Shown piece after piece: positions 25,833 through 35,475 of a stretch of 64,000 bases of DNA (positions are counted from its first letter, which is position 1; each line of letters begins with the position of its first letter). The DNA lies in contig CANGEV010000007.1 in NCBI GenBank assembly GCA_947452995.1, positions 1,143 to 65,142 on the forward strand, in the 5' to 3' direction. Source of the DNA: Chitinophagales bacterium. GTDB taxonomy: Bacteria; Bacteroidota; Bacteroidia; Chitinophagales; CAIODY01. The notes under the pieces are model-generated. The model was not told where the DNA came from, did no database searches, and was given only the letters and a program-made list of their open reading frames with translations. A program made the position numbers and the translations under genes.

Positions 25833-28800
25833 TTATTGAATTTGTTTAACAAACTGACGTAATTGATCAGGCGTATTAAGATTGTTGTTTTTGCCGAAGT
25901 TTGCTTCGAAACTTGGATACAAACTATCTAAGCTATTGATCAGTTTTGTGGCTTGTTCCTTATCCTTAGCTAAAATACATGTTTTAGTTAATTGATCAGC
26001 ATAATAAACAAAGCGCCAGTATAAATCAGAACCTAAGCGGTTGATTTCTTCTGAATCTAATTTAAAGTAAAAATCAAATTGTCTTACAGCCTGATCCATA
26101 TAGAAGTCACACAACTTACGAGCCTTTTCTTTTTCACCTGCACCATAATAAATGCTAACAGCATGGTATGTATCGTAAGCATAGGTTACAGATCCAAGCG
26201 GAAGTTCTTCAAACATTTTATCCAAGACTTGTGTCGCTTCTTTCTTTTTACCTTCATTGACCAATTGCTCCGCTAAACGCATCATTGAAATTTGTGCACT
26301 GTGTACCAAATAAAGTGCGGTTGTTTCATCGATATTTACTTTTCCTTTAGCAGCCTTAATGCCTCCAAAATAGAAGTCGTTCATCACATTTTTATACATC
26401 AAGCTAGTATTGATATAGCCCGGTGCATAGTCAGGGATGATATTGGTTGTCTGCTTCACTTGGAAAGGTGTTAAACGCATACATTCTCCTTCAACTTGCA
26501 TATATTTCTCTAAACCTAAATGGTAGCCTCCTCCATAACGAGCATCTGTTGCGAAGTTGGCAATAAAGTAAATAGGACGTTTCCAGTTGTTCTTCGCGAT
26601 GATATCTAACGTAATCAAATCACTCTTGATTAATGTAGTTTTGTTCAATTCCCACTTCAATTCAGTTGGAAATTGCATCGTATCATTCAAAGGTTTGATT
26701 CCTTGATTTAAACAGGCTTCTTTACTAATAGGAAGCATTAGTTTTTTAGTAGGTAAATAAGGACGTAATTGATGATCACCTGCCCAGTCTAGTTTTGTGC
26801 CTGGGGTATTATCATTATAAATGAAATTGAGAATATTGTTCAGGTCGTAATACTTCTCTGCATCAATATTCGCAGCAGCAATACCATATTTAGCAGCATC
26901 GATATAAGGTAATTGATCACGCGTATCATGTTCGTATTTATCAATTGTAGCGTACATATCTACTGCATCAGCTTTATTGTTCTTATGATGTAATTGGTCA
27001 ATATACCAATCCACACTTAATAAACTTAGGTTTATGATACGGATATCCGGACGAATACCTTCAACCTCTTGTGCATACCATAATGGATAAGTATCATTAT
27101 CTCCTTCTGTAAATAGAATTGCATTCGGAGCACATGAATTTAAATAGTTTTTAGCAACGTCCAAGGCCACGGTTCTATTTGAACGATTATGATCATCCCA
27201 GCCTTGTTTACCCATAACGGTAGGAACTGCTAAGAAGCAAATGGCAGTTACACCAATAGCTAAAATTGCATTATCCATTTTCAATCGCTTGCGCAAGAAA
27301 TCTACAATTGCCACAACACCTAAACCAATCCATATACAGAATGCATAGAATGATCCTGCGTAGGAATAGTCACGCTCACGTGGTTGCATTGGCGGTTGAT
27401 TCAAATAGAGTACAATTGCCAAACCTGTCATAAAGAACAATAAGAACACTATAATACCGTTGTTTTTGTCCTTTTTGAATTGAAATAATAAGCCAACAAT
27501 ACCTAGCAACAGCGGCAATAAGAAGAATTTATTAGTGCCTTTATTGTTCTTATATGGCTCTGCAGCAATTTCTGCAGAATCGTATCCCAAACGTGCCTTA
27601 TCCAAGAATGGAATACCAGAAATCCAAGAACCATCACGATGGTTATTATCATGACCTTGAATATCGTTTTGGCGACCAGCAAAGTTCCACATGAAATAGC
27701 GGAAGTACATATGATTTACTTGATAGCCAAAGAAGAATTTCAAATTATCTCCATAAGTTGGCGTTTCACCTTCTTGTAATTGCAACCAATCTTTATAGTA
27801 ATTTGTAAAGCGGGATTCTTGATAGTCCCATATACGAGGGAAAAGAATCTCTGCACTCTCAGAACTGAAAACAGGGTTAATTTGATAACCTGCTGTATCA
27901 TAACGGTGCTTACGTTCATTATATCCATATTTTACGCCACCTTGATCATAACGTTCTGGGCGATCTGTAAAATAATGACCAAATAGATGAGGAACATCGC
28001 CATATTGATCACGATTTAAATAAGAAACTAAACTATATGGATTATCAGGATTGTTCATGTCAATTGGAGGGTCAGACAAAGAACGAATAGGAACCATCAA
28101 CACGGATGAATATCCAATGATGATAAAAGTAATAGCTAAAAGTGCAGTGTGATAAATTTGTTTCGGAGAACGATGTGTAAAGAATAATCCAATACCCAAG
28201 CCAATTGACAACATCAATAAGAAAAGTATTGATCCTGTGTTTTTAGCCATGCCCATTCCATTCACGAACATTCGATCGAAGAATGCTGCAATACCAGGCA
28301 ATTGCTGAATAATACCGAACTGTACGAATGCTAACAATAAGCCACCTATTAAGAAAGCGATTATTTGGCCACGAAGGGTAGGTACATAACGTTTGTTATA
28401 ATAAACAACGGCAATGGCAGGAATCGTCAACAAATTCAATAAGTGAACTCCGGTAGATAAACCCATTAAAAATGCAATAAGTACTATCCAACGGTCTGCA
28501 TTTTTGGTGCTTGCAACTTCATCCCACTTAATTATCGCCCAGAAAACAATGGCTGTAAAGAATAATGACATCGCATAAACCTCACCTTCCACTGCTGAAA
28601 ACCAAATACTGTCTGCGAAACAAGCTGCCATCGCACCAACAACCCCCGCTCCAATACTTGCCCAAAGTCCTGTTGAAGTAAGCTCACCTTTTTTGTCTTG
28701 CATCAATTTCTTCGCAAGAGCGGTAATAGTCCAAAACAAGAACATCATCGCAGCGCCTGTTGATAGAGCAGAAGAGAAGTTAACGCATTTTGCTACAACA

Positions 28801-29012
28801 GCAGGATTCGAAGTAAATAAGGTGAAAAAGCGACCAATCATCAAGAATAAAGGAGCTCCCGGAGGATGCGCTACCTGAAGTTTGAAGGCCCCTGAAATAA
28901 ATTCACCGCAATCCCAAAAGCTCACAGTTGATTCCATGGTCATGGCATAAACTGTAGTAGCTAGTATGCCCACTAAAATCCCAAAAATGTTGTTTAAACG
29001 TTGGTAAGTCAT
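25833..29012 (-). CDS. DUF2723 (TMEM260-like, GT-C fold) membrane glycosyltransferase-like protein with C-terminal helical-repeat domain
   Basis: 1059 aa. N-terminal MESTVSFWDCGEFISGAFKLQVAHPPGAPLF signature of DUF2723. About 10 or more hydrophobic helices, then a soluble C-terminal half. Confidence 0.85.
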   Translation of the reverse strand: MTYQRLNNIFGILVGILATTVYAMTMESTVSFWDCGEFISGAFKLQVAHPPGAPLFLMIGRFFTLFTSNPAVVAKCVNFSSALSTGAAMMFLFWTITALAKKLMQDKKGELTSTGLWASIGAGVVGAMAACFADSIWFSAVEGEVYAMSLFFTAIVFWAIIKWDEVASTKNADRWIVLIAFLMGLSTGVHLLNLLTIPAIAVVYYNKRYVPTLRGQIIAFLIGGLLLAFVQFGIIQQLPGIAAFFDRMFVNGMGMAKNTGSILFLLMLSIGLGIGLFFTHRSPKQIYHTALLAITFIIIGYSSVLMVPIRSLSDPPIDMNNPDNPYSLVSYLNRDQYGDVPHLFGHYFTDRPERYDQGGVKYGYNERKHRYDTAGYQINPVFSSESAEILFPRIWDYQESRFTNYYKDWLQLQEGETPTYGDNLKFFFGYQVNHMYFRYFMWNFAGRQNDIQGHDNNHRDGSWISGIPFLDKARLGYDSAEIAAEPYKNNKGTNKFFLLPLLLGIVGLLFQFKKDKNNGIIVFLLFFMTGLAIVLYLNQPPMQPRERDYSYAGSFYAFCIWIGLGVVAIVDFLRKRLKMDNAILAIGVTAICFLAVPTVMGKQGWDDHNRSNRTVALDVAKNYLNSCAPNAILFTEGDNDTYPLWYAQEVEGIRPDIRIINLSLLSVDWYIDQLHHKNNKADAVDMYATIDKYEHDTRDQLPYIDAAKYGIAAANIDAEKYYDLNNILNFIYNDNTPGTKLDWAGDHQLRPYLPTKKLMLPISKEACLNQGIKPLNDTMQFPTELKWELNKTTLIKSDLITLDIIAKNNWKRPIYFIANFATDARYGGGYHLGLEKYMQVEGECMRLTPFQVKQTTNIIPDYAPGYINTSLMYKNVMNDFYFGGIKAAKGKVNIDETTALYLVHSAQISMMRLAEQLVNEGKKKEATQVLDKMFEELPLGSVTYAYDTYHAVSIYYGAGEKEKARKLCDFYMDQAVRQFDFYFKLDSEEINRLGSDLYWRFVYYADQLTKTCILAKDKEQATKLINSLDSLYPSFEANFGKNNNLNTPDQLRQFVKQIQ

Positions 29013-29066
29013 CTCTATGTTAATGATTAATTTTTAAATCTAGTCGTGTATAAAACGTATGAGTTT

Positions 29067-29074
29067 CAAAAATA
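29067..29074 (-). promoter_or_regulatory. Candidate -7 box TATTTTTG (minus strand) for the DUF2723 gene
   Basis: Plus-strand CAAAAATA, 54 nt upstream of the ATG (29012). Confidence 0.3.
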
Positions 29075-29094
29075 AAAAAAATATGCTGTAGATT

Positions 29095-29125
29095 TTTGAA
29101 AAAATACTAAAATTCACTACTTTTG
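29095..29125 (+). promoter_or_regulatory. tRNA-Gln promoter: -33 TTTG and -7 TACTTTTG
   Basis: TTTG at 29095-29098 and TACTTTTG at 29118-29125 (19-nt spacer). The tRNA starts 14 nt downstream. Confidence 0.55.
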
Positions 29126-29138
29126 CGTTATCAAAATT

Positions 29139-29211
29139 TGTCCGATGGTGTAACTGGCAACACGTCTGATTTTGGTTCAGAAGAGTCTAGGTTCGAAACC
29201 TAGTCGGACAA
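29139..29211 (+). tRNA. tRNA-Gln (UUG)
   Basis: TGTCCGA-TG-GTGT-AACTGGCA-ACAC-G-TCTGA-TTTTGGT-TCAGA-AGAGT-CTAGG-TTCGAAA-CCTAG-TCGGACA-A. U1-A72 is typical of bacterial tRNA-Gln. No encoded CCA. Confidence 0.9.
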
Positions 29212-29219
29212 CACAAAAA

Positions 29220-29244
29220 CCCTTCCAAACGGAAGGGTTTTTTG
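29220..29244 (+). terminator. Intrinsic terminator after tRNA-Gln
   Basis: CCCTTCC-AAAC-GGAAGGG followed by TTTTTTG. Confidence 0.75.
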
Positions 29245-29277
29245 TTTTCAAAAAAGGCTTTCGTATCTTTCAACTCT

Positions 29278-29622
29278 ATGCGCCCAACATTTACAGTTCT
29301 AATTTTACTTTTTTTGCTTTGCGCCTGCCAGTCTGCTGCAACTATTGAAAAACCGAAGGATTGTCTAAGTGAAGTAGAAATGAGTGCTTTGTTGAAGGAT
29401 TTACACCTTGCGCAAGCACGTATTATGTTGCTAAATCCTATAGGGGATAGCCTAAAACGTAGCTATCAACGTGAATATGCTAAAGTCTTTGCCATTCATC
29501 ACACGAATACCATAGTCTTTAAAAACTCGTTGCAGTATTATTGTAATGATCCTGAGAAGTTTGACCAAGTGTACAATAATATAATTGTGGAATTGAATCA
29601 ACTAGAACTGAAAAACGACTGA
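29278..29622 (+). CDS. DUF4296-like lipoprotein
   Basis: The ATG at 29278 gives MRPTFTVLILLFLLCAC. The ORF-track start at 29242 lies inside the terminator. LSEVEMSALLKDLHLAQA resembles DUF4296. Confidence 0.5.
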   Translation: MRPTFTVLILLFLLCACQSAATIEKPKDCLSEVEMSALLKDLHLAQARIMLLNPIGDSLKRSYQREYAKVFAIHHTNTIVFKNSLQYYCNDPEKFDQVYNNIIVELNQLELKND

Positions 29623-29626
29623 GTAA

Positions 29627-30541
29627 ATGCAGAAGATGAATATTCCTTACGGAGCCTTAGATAGCATTGAATTGCTCGCGAAGCAAATCGTAGAAGGGTT
29701 CTTAATTGGATTGCATAAAAGCCCGTTTCATGGCTTTAGTGTTGAATTCGCGGAACATCGTTTGTATAATGTAGGTGAATCAATTAAACATATTGATTGG
29801 AAAGTTTATGGACGAACCGATAAAATGTTTGTTAAGAAATATGAGGAAGAAACAAATTTACGTTGTCAAGTAATCCTCGACATTTCAGGCTCAATGTATT
29901 TTCCAAAAGAGGAACAGCAAGCAAACAAACTTCAGATAGCTTGCTTAGCAAGTGCTTGTATTCAGTATTTGGTAAAAAAACAACGCGATGCGTTCGGACT
30001 ATGTACTTTTGCAGAGGATATTGAAAAGTATTTTCCCGCTAAGACTTCTGCCAATCAACAGTCGATCATGGCCAATGAATTAGAGACTCTTTATAGTTCT
30101 TCGCATGTGATGCGGAGTTCTAATTTGTCTAAGGTCCTGGAGCAAATGGCTGAAGTCGTTCATCAACGTAGTATGATTATTATTGTCTCTGATTTTATAG
30201 AAAGCGCCGATGAAGCACAAAGAGATCAGCTCATGCGTGCTGTGCAGCACTTGCGTTTTAAAAAGCACGAGGTGGTTTTCGTCGATATTTTTGATAGTCA
30301 CTTAGAAAGTAACCTTGATTTAGAAAATCGCCCCTATCAATTGATTGATATGGAAACTGGCGCTAAGATGAAATTACATCCGGCAGAGATTCGCGAACAA
30401 TATCAAAATGCTTTAAGAAAATATAAGGAACGATTTGTTGAAATTGCTCGTCAAAATAAAATGGATATTGTTCCCGTTGATATTCGAGCACCATTCACAC
30501 AATCCTTTTTACCATATTTCTGGCAACGTGTAAGAAAATAG
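29627..30541 (+). CDS. DUF58 domain protein (MoxR-associated, VWA-like)
   Basis: FHGFSVEFAEHRLYNVGESIKHIDWKVYGRTDKMFVKKYEEETNL is the DUF58 core. 304 aa. Confidence 0.85.
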   Translation: MQKMNIPYGALDSIELLAKQIVEGFLIGLHKSPFHGFSVEFAEHRLYNVGESIKHIDWKVYGRTDKMFVKKYEEETNLRCQVILDISGSMYFPKEEQQANKLQIACLASACIQYLVKKQRDAFGLCTFAEDIEKYFPAKTSANQQSIMANELETLYSSSHVMRSSNLSKVLEQMAEVVHQRSMIIIVSDFIESADEAQRDQLMRAVQHLRFKKHEVVFVDIFDSHLESNLDLENRPYQLIDMETGAKMKLHPAEIREQYQNALRKYKERFVEIARQNKMDIVPVDIRAPFTQSFLPYFWQRVRK

Positions 30542-30545
30542 CTCC

Positions 30546-31685
30546 ATGAAAAGATATATAACTATTGTCAATCGCCATTATCCTCCGAATATTAATATCA
30601 CGGGCGAAAATGCACGCGACCTAGCAAAATATTTGATAGAAAAACATAATATAGAGGTAGATGTAGTACATATTGATCGTGAATATGAAGGTGGGGGAGG
30701 AAAGAAAGTTCCAATTGGTAACACATTGGCCATTAAAACAATTTATTCAGGCAATGCTCCGGTATTACGCCATTTAAGTAGTTTTTATGATGGCTTTATG
30801 CTCATTCGTGCTGCATTGAAAAAGGGAAGAGGTCCGATAATTGTCATGACGAGCCCTCCTTTATTACCTATGTGGGCAGCATGGATGATCGGATCTAAAC
30901 GAGAGTGGATTTTATGGTCGATGGATTTCTTTCCGGAAGGATTTGCGGCCAGCAATCAAATGAATTCAAAGGGCTGGTTTTATAAATGGTGCATTAAAAA
31001 GACCTATTCAAAATCACCAAATAAATTAATTGCACTCGGACCAGGACAGGCAAGTTATGCAGAAGAAAAATATGGTGTCGCCTTAGATAAAGTGCTTTTA
31101 CCTTGCGGTGTTTTCGCAGAACAAAATCTTTCGCAATCAGCTCCTGAATGGAAAACTGAAGATCGTATTTATTTTGGCTATTGTGGGAATGTAAGTCAGG
31201 CTCACTCTGAACAATATTTAATTGATTTTATTGATTCAATCGATGCAGATAAACACCGACTAGTGCTTGCCTTATATGGCACCAAAGCAGAATATGTCCG
31301 AGCACATGCCATCGGAAAACCGGGAGTGATTGTCGTTAAAAATGTTCCTCGAAATCAATTGAGTTATATAGATGTGCATTTAGTAAGTTTAGTTAAATCG
31401 TGGACGCATGTTGCCGTACCAAGTAAAGCAGTAAGTAGCGTTTGTTCTGGTTCCCCCATTGCGTTCTGTGGCGATCAATCTTCCGACAATTGGCAATTAT
31501 TAAAGGAGGCCGCTTGGCACATTCCTTTAGAGGATGGAAGAAAAGAGGCTATTCAAAAGCTTTTGCAAAATATCAATATGGAGGAAGTGCAACAAAAAAA
31601 AACGGCCGCCTTAAAGAAAGCAGCCGATTTACAAAAGTTGATTATTGATTCTTACGATACAATTGCCACATGGGCTAAGGCTTAA
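30546..31685 (+). CDS. Putative glycosyltransferase (GT4/WcaI-like)
   Basis: 379 aa. N-terminal VNRHYPPNINITGENARDLAKYL resembles the WcaI-type YPPE-x-TG start. Weak overall. Confidence 0.45.
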   Translation: MKRYITIVNRHYPPNINITGENARDLAKYLIEKHNIEVDVVHIDREYEGGGGKKVPIGNTLAIKTIYSGNAPVLRHLSSFYDGFMLIRAALKKGRGPIIVMTSPPLLPMWAAWMIGSKREWILWSMDFFPEGFAASNQMNSKGWFYKWCIKKTYSKSPNKLIALGPGQASYAEEKYGVALDKVLLPCGVFAEQNLSQSAPEWKTEDRIYFGYCGNVSQAHSEQYLIDFIDSIDADKHRLVLALYGTKAEYVRAHAIGKPGVIVVKNVPRNQLSYIDVHLVSLVKSWTHVAVPSKAVSSVCSGSPIAFCGDQSSDNWQLLKEAAWHIPLEDGRKEAIQKLLQNINMEEVQQKKTAALKKAADLQKLIIDSYDTIATWAKA

Positions 31686-32941
31686 AATTGCGCGTTGAGC
31701 TTAATTTTTTTACCATCACGTAAAACTTCTATTTTGGCCTGATCACCTTTTTTTAAATGTGCTAACGCAGCCATGTATTCATAGATATCTTTAGTTTTGT
31801 CGCTATTTATTTTGGTGATAATATCTCCAGTTTGAATTCCTGCAGTAGCCCCTACCTTGCCCTCGCTAACGCCATCTACCTTTACACCTTCTCCACTATA
31901 TACATAGTCAGGCATTATACCTAATGTAACTTTAAATTTAGGAGTCTCTTTGTTGTCCTCGTTTTTGGTTGCAGTAAAAGTTAAAGGAGAACAAACATCT
32001 AAACTATCAATTACCTTCATCGTATAGGCAATGATATTCGCCTCACCTTTAAAATTGATTTTTTCAGCATCGTCACTTGGCTTATGATAATCACTGTGTG
32101 TACCACTAAATAAGAAAAGAACGGGATGGTTCTTAAGATAAAAAGAAGTATGATCGCTTGGCCCAACACCTGACTCAGATAGTTTTACTGTAAATGAGTC
32201 TGATTTGATATTATTTAATACGCGCTTGAATGTAGGAGAAGTTCCAACGCCACTCAATGAGAGACCTCCATCTTTTTGCATACGACCAACCATATCTAGA
32301 TTGATCATGTAATTAATCTTCGGACTCACTCCGTTGAAAAATGAGAATTCTCCAAGATGCTCAGCTGCATATTTTGATCCGTAGAGGCCCAATTCTTCGC
32401 CACTGAAATGAAGAATCAAATAGTTATACTTCATTTTGTGCAGTGCTGTTTTTGCACAAAGCTCGTTTGCAATTTCAATCACAGCGGCAGTTCCACTCGC
32501 ATTATCATCTGCGCCATTATGAATCTGTTTATCTGTTCCTGCATAAAGCGAGCTGCCATATTCTCCATAGCCAAGATGATCATAATGTGCTCCTATTACT
32601 ACCGTATATTCAGCACCATTATCAATATAGGCTGCTACATTATAGGCGGGTTGATCATTGACTAAATTATGTTTGGCAATAGTATCGTGCGGGTTGGCTT
32701 TTACAGAAAAGTTAAAGCGTTGAATACTTGCAGTTACACAGGGCAAATTCTTTTCGTAATAATCTAATAAATAGTTACGTGCAAGCTCTTCTCCACGGCT
32801 GCCTGTTTGACGACCTTCCAAGGCATCTGACGCAAGAAAGTTGATATGCTTTTTTAGTCGGTTTACAACAGTACTATCTTGTGCGCTAGCAAGTGTAAAA
32901 CCCAATGACAAGATAAAAAGTATAAGAAGGATCTTTTTCAT
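31682..32941 (-). CDS. M28-family aminopeptidase with C-terminal PDZ domain
   Basis: HYDHLGYG, GADDNASGTAAVIE and FSGEELGLYGS zinc-ligand blocks. C-terminal GIQTGDIITKIN...GDQAKIEVLRDGKKIKL is PDZ-like. Confidence 0.85.
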   Translation of the reverse strand: MKKILLILFILSLGFTLASAQDSTVVNRLKKHINFLASDALEGRQTGSRGEELARNYLLDYYEKNLPCVTASIQRFNFSVKANPHDTIAKHNLVNDQPAYNVAAYIDNGAEYTVVIGAHYDHLGYGEYGSSLYAGTDKQIHNGADDNASGTAAVIEIANELCAKTALHKMKYNYLILHFSGEELGLYGSKYAAEHLGEFSFFNGVSPKINYMINLDMVGRMQKDGGLSLSGVGTSPTFKRVLNNIKSDSFTVKLSESGVGPSDHTSFYLKNHPVLFLFSGTHSDYHKPSDDAEKINFKGEANIIAYTMKVIDSLDVCSPLTFTATKNEDNKETPKFKVTLGIMPDYVYSGEGVKVDGVSEGKVGATAGIQTGDIITKINSDKTKDIYEYMAALAHLKKGDQAKIEVLRDGKKIKLNAQF

Positions 32942-33582
32942 TAGTTTTTGTTTTTATAGTCGCCGCGCTTCCATGCTTCAAAAAACTGTGACCAAGCAAT
33001 AGGATTGAAAATGTTTTGTGGGGGTGTTTGCCCACGATAGTAATAAGTAGAAGCTTGGCTACGTAAAACTAGGGATGAAGCCTCTCTGCCATCGACAGGG
33101 ACACTCATTTTCATTTCCGGCGTTGACATGCGGGCAAGATTTTTCTTGGCACGCTCCATATCGTCATTTGGAAGTTTTAAATTGAGCACTGCTTGTTTAA
33201 GTTCCTCAGGACGAGGGTATGGATGAATGACCGTTGCAGCAAGATACACAGTATCGGTAGACATGAGCTGTACCATATTGTATTTGTCAGCGCTTAAATT
33301 AACTGGAATTTGAAATGTCTTTTTCTTGAATCCTATATAGCTAAACACAATGGAATCGCCTTCTGCTGCAGCAAAGGAGAAAAATCCAAGTGCGTTAGTA
33401 TAGGTGCCTTGATGCTTTGTTTTGTCGTAAATGACAGCATAAGGTAAAGGTTGTAGGCTGTCGCTTGTTAACACAAGGCCACTAAATTGAACGACATTAG
33501 TTAAGGTATTGCTATCAGTTTGTGCTTGCGCCAAAATACGTATTGGCAAGAGGAGTAATAACAGAACGACAATTTGCTTCAT
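32941..33582 (-). CDS. Carboxypeptidase-regulatory-like domain protein (secreted)
   Basis: The ATG at 33582 gives signal peptide MKQIVVLLLLLLPIRILAQA. FSGLVLTSDSLQPLPYAVIY...GFFSF fits the CarboxypepD_reg pattern. The longer ORF-track start (33693) would run through the pntB terminator. Confidence 0.5.
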   Translation of the reverse strand: MKQIVVLLLLLLPIRILAQAQTDSNTLTNVVQFSGLVLTSDSLQPLPYAVIYDKTKHQGTYTNALGFFSFAAAEGDSIVFSYIGFKKKTFQIPVNLSADKYNMVQLMSTDTVYLAATVIHPYPRPEELKQAVLNLKLPNDDMERAKKNLARMSTPEMKMSVPVDGREASSLVLRSQASTYYYRGQTPPQNIFNPIAWSQFFEAWKRGDYKNKN

Positions 33583-33640
33583 GTAGTAAAGATAATATCT
33601 AATGGGTAATACAAATAAAAAAATCAATTCTCCCTTAAAC

Positions 33641-33672
33641 AAAAAATCCTCCGAATATTCGGAGGATTTTTT
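33641..33672 (-). terminator. Intrinsic terminator after pntB
   Basis: Palindrome ATCCTCCGAATATTCGGAGGAT flanked by A6 and T6. Confidence 0.75.
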
Positions 33673-33693
33673 GTTTATAAAAGATAAGTGCAA

Positions 33694-35121
33694 TTAGTTG
33701 GCTTTAACTTCATTCACTAATTCTTGCAATACTTTTTTAGCATCGCCAAACAACATACGCGTTTTGTTGCTATAGAAAAGGTCGTTGTCGATACCAGCAT
33801 AACCTTTATTCATACTACGTTTGTTAACGATAACAGTTTTTGCTTTTTCAACTTCTAAAATTGGCATACCAAAAATAGGAGAGGCAGGGTTCGTTTTCGC
33901 AGCAGGGTTAACAACGTCGTTTGCACCAAGGATTAAAACAACATCCGTAGTTGCGAATTCATCATTAGCGGCATCCATTTCCAAGAGCTTATCGTAAGAT
34001 ACGTCAGCTTCGGCAAGCAATACGTTCATGTGTCCAGGCATTCGACCTGCAACTGGATGAATTGCATATTTAACTTCCACACCTTTTTCAGTCAATTGTT
34101 TTTCTAATTCATGACAAATATGTTGTGCTTGTGCAACTGCTAAGCCATAGCCAGGAACAATGATTACTTTTTGCGCATAGCTCATATTGATTGCAGAGTC
34201 AGAAACACCGATTTCCTTAATTGTGCCACCGTTTTCGCCTGTAATGGCTGTGGCAGCATTCCCTCCACCAAATGATCCAATGATTACATTCAGTAATGAA
34301 CGATTCATTGCATTACACATCAAGATAGTAAGAAGCGTACCCGCCGCACCTACTAAAATACCGCCTGTTAACATTACCTGGTTGTGATAAAGAAAACCGC
34401 CGAAAGCAGCTGCCACACCGGTAAAAGAATTCAATAATGAAATTACTACAGGCATATCAGCACCACCAATTGGCATTACAAATGAAACGCCATATATACA
34501 AGCTATGATAAATAATACATACATCATTGTAATTGCTTGAGCACCTGAAATACTCATTACATAATAAGCCATTCCCATTACAGCTGCCATAAATAGCATG
34601 TTGAAATAAGATTGACCTTTAAATGAATAGTCACCTAGGTTGCCATTCAATTTCAAAAAGGCAATAACAGAACCCGCAAATGAAATAGATCCAATTATAA
34701 GACCTACAAGGATGGTTAGAGAATGACCTGTCATCAAGCTAGCTGTTCCGCTATGATGCGCTAGGTGTGTAAATTCAATCATGCCGATCAAGCCAGCACA
34801 AATACCGCCCATACCATTAAAGATGGAAACCATTTGTGGCATAGCAGTCATTTGAACCTTTTTTGCAGAAATAGTTCCAAGGACTGTTCCAATAACCATT
34901 CCTCCGAAAATCCAAATAAGATTCCCTAGGTGCTTTGTTTCTCCATTTTCACCATTGAATTCATACAAAAAGATGGTGCCAAAAATTGCAATCGCCATTC
35001 CGACTGCAGCGACAAGGTTACCTTTACGAGCTGTTTCAGCTTTAGCCAACATTTTAAGTCCGATAATGAATCCAAGACTACCAATGAGGTAACAAATATT
35101 AAGAAGAGCGTAATTACTCAT
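33694..35121 (-). CDS. pntB: NAD(P) transhydrogenase subunit beta
   Basis: 475 aa. Multi-TM N-terminal half plus C-terminal NADP(H)-binding domain (VIIVPGYGLAVAQAQ...GRMPGHMNVLLAEA...ANDVVNPAA). Confidence 0.95.
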   Translation of the reverse strand: MSNYALLNICYLIGSLGFIIGLKMLAKAETARKGNLVAAVGMAIAIFGTIFLYEFNGENGETKHLGNLIWIFGGMVIGTVLGTISAKKVQMTAMPQMVSIFNGMGGICAGLIGMIEFTHLAHHSGTASLMTGHSLTILVGLIIGSISFAGSVIAFLKLNGNLGDYSFKGQSYFNMLFMAAVMGMAYYVMSISGAQAITMMYVLFIIACIYGVSFVMPIGGADMPVVISLLNSFTGVAAAFGGFLYHNQVMLTGGILVGAAGTLLTILMCNAMNRSLLNVIIGSFGGGNAATAITGENGGTIKEIGVSDSAINMSYAQKVIIVPGYGLAVAQAQHICHELEKQLTEKGVEVKYAIHPVAGRMPGHMNVLLAEADVSYDKLLEMDAANDEFATTDVVLILGANDVVNPAAKTNPASPIFGMPILEVEKAKTVIVNKRSMNKGYAGIDNDLFYSNKTRMLFGDAKKVLQELVNEVKAN

Positions 35122-35139
35122 AAGATTTTGATTTAAGAA

Positions 35140-35454
35140 TTATTTTTTCTTTTTAAACATTTCTAACATACGGTCTGTAACCACAAAGCCACCAACCACG
35201 TTTAAGGTACCGAATACCACAGCTAAAAATCCTAGAATCATTATTAGTATATCATCAGAAGCAGCTTGCCCCATCACGATGATAGATCCAATAATTACCA
35301 CTCCGTGGATTGCATTAGCACCACTCATTAGTGGAGTATGAAGGATGGTAGGTACTTTTTCGATAACTTCAATACCCACGAAAATGCTCAAAACGATGAT
35401 ATAAATCATTCGCAAATGAGCGGCATCAGTTAATAAAGATTGAATGTATTCCAT
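35140..35454 (-). CDS. pntA: NAD(P) transhydrogenase subunit alpha part 2 (membrane)
   Basis: 104 aa with three hydrophobic helices, lying between pntAA and pntB. Confidence 0.9.
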   Translation of the reverse strand: MEYIQSLLTDAAHLRMIYIIVLSIFVGIEVIEKVPTILHTPLMSGANAIHGVVIIGSIIVMGQAASDDILIMILGFLAVVFGTLNVVGGFVVTDRMLEMFKKKK

Positions 35455-35475
35455 ATTCTAATTGCTTAATTTTTT

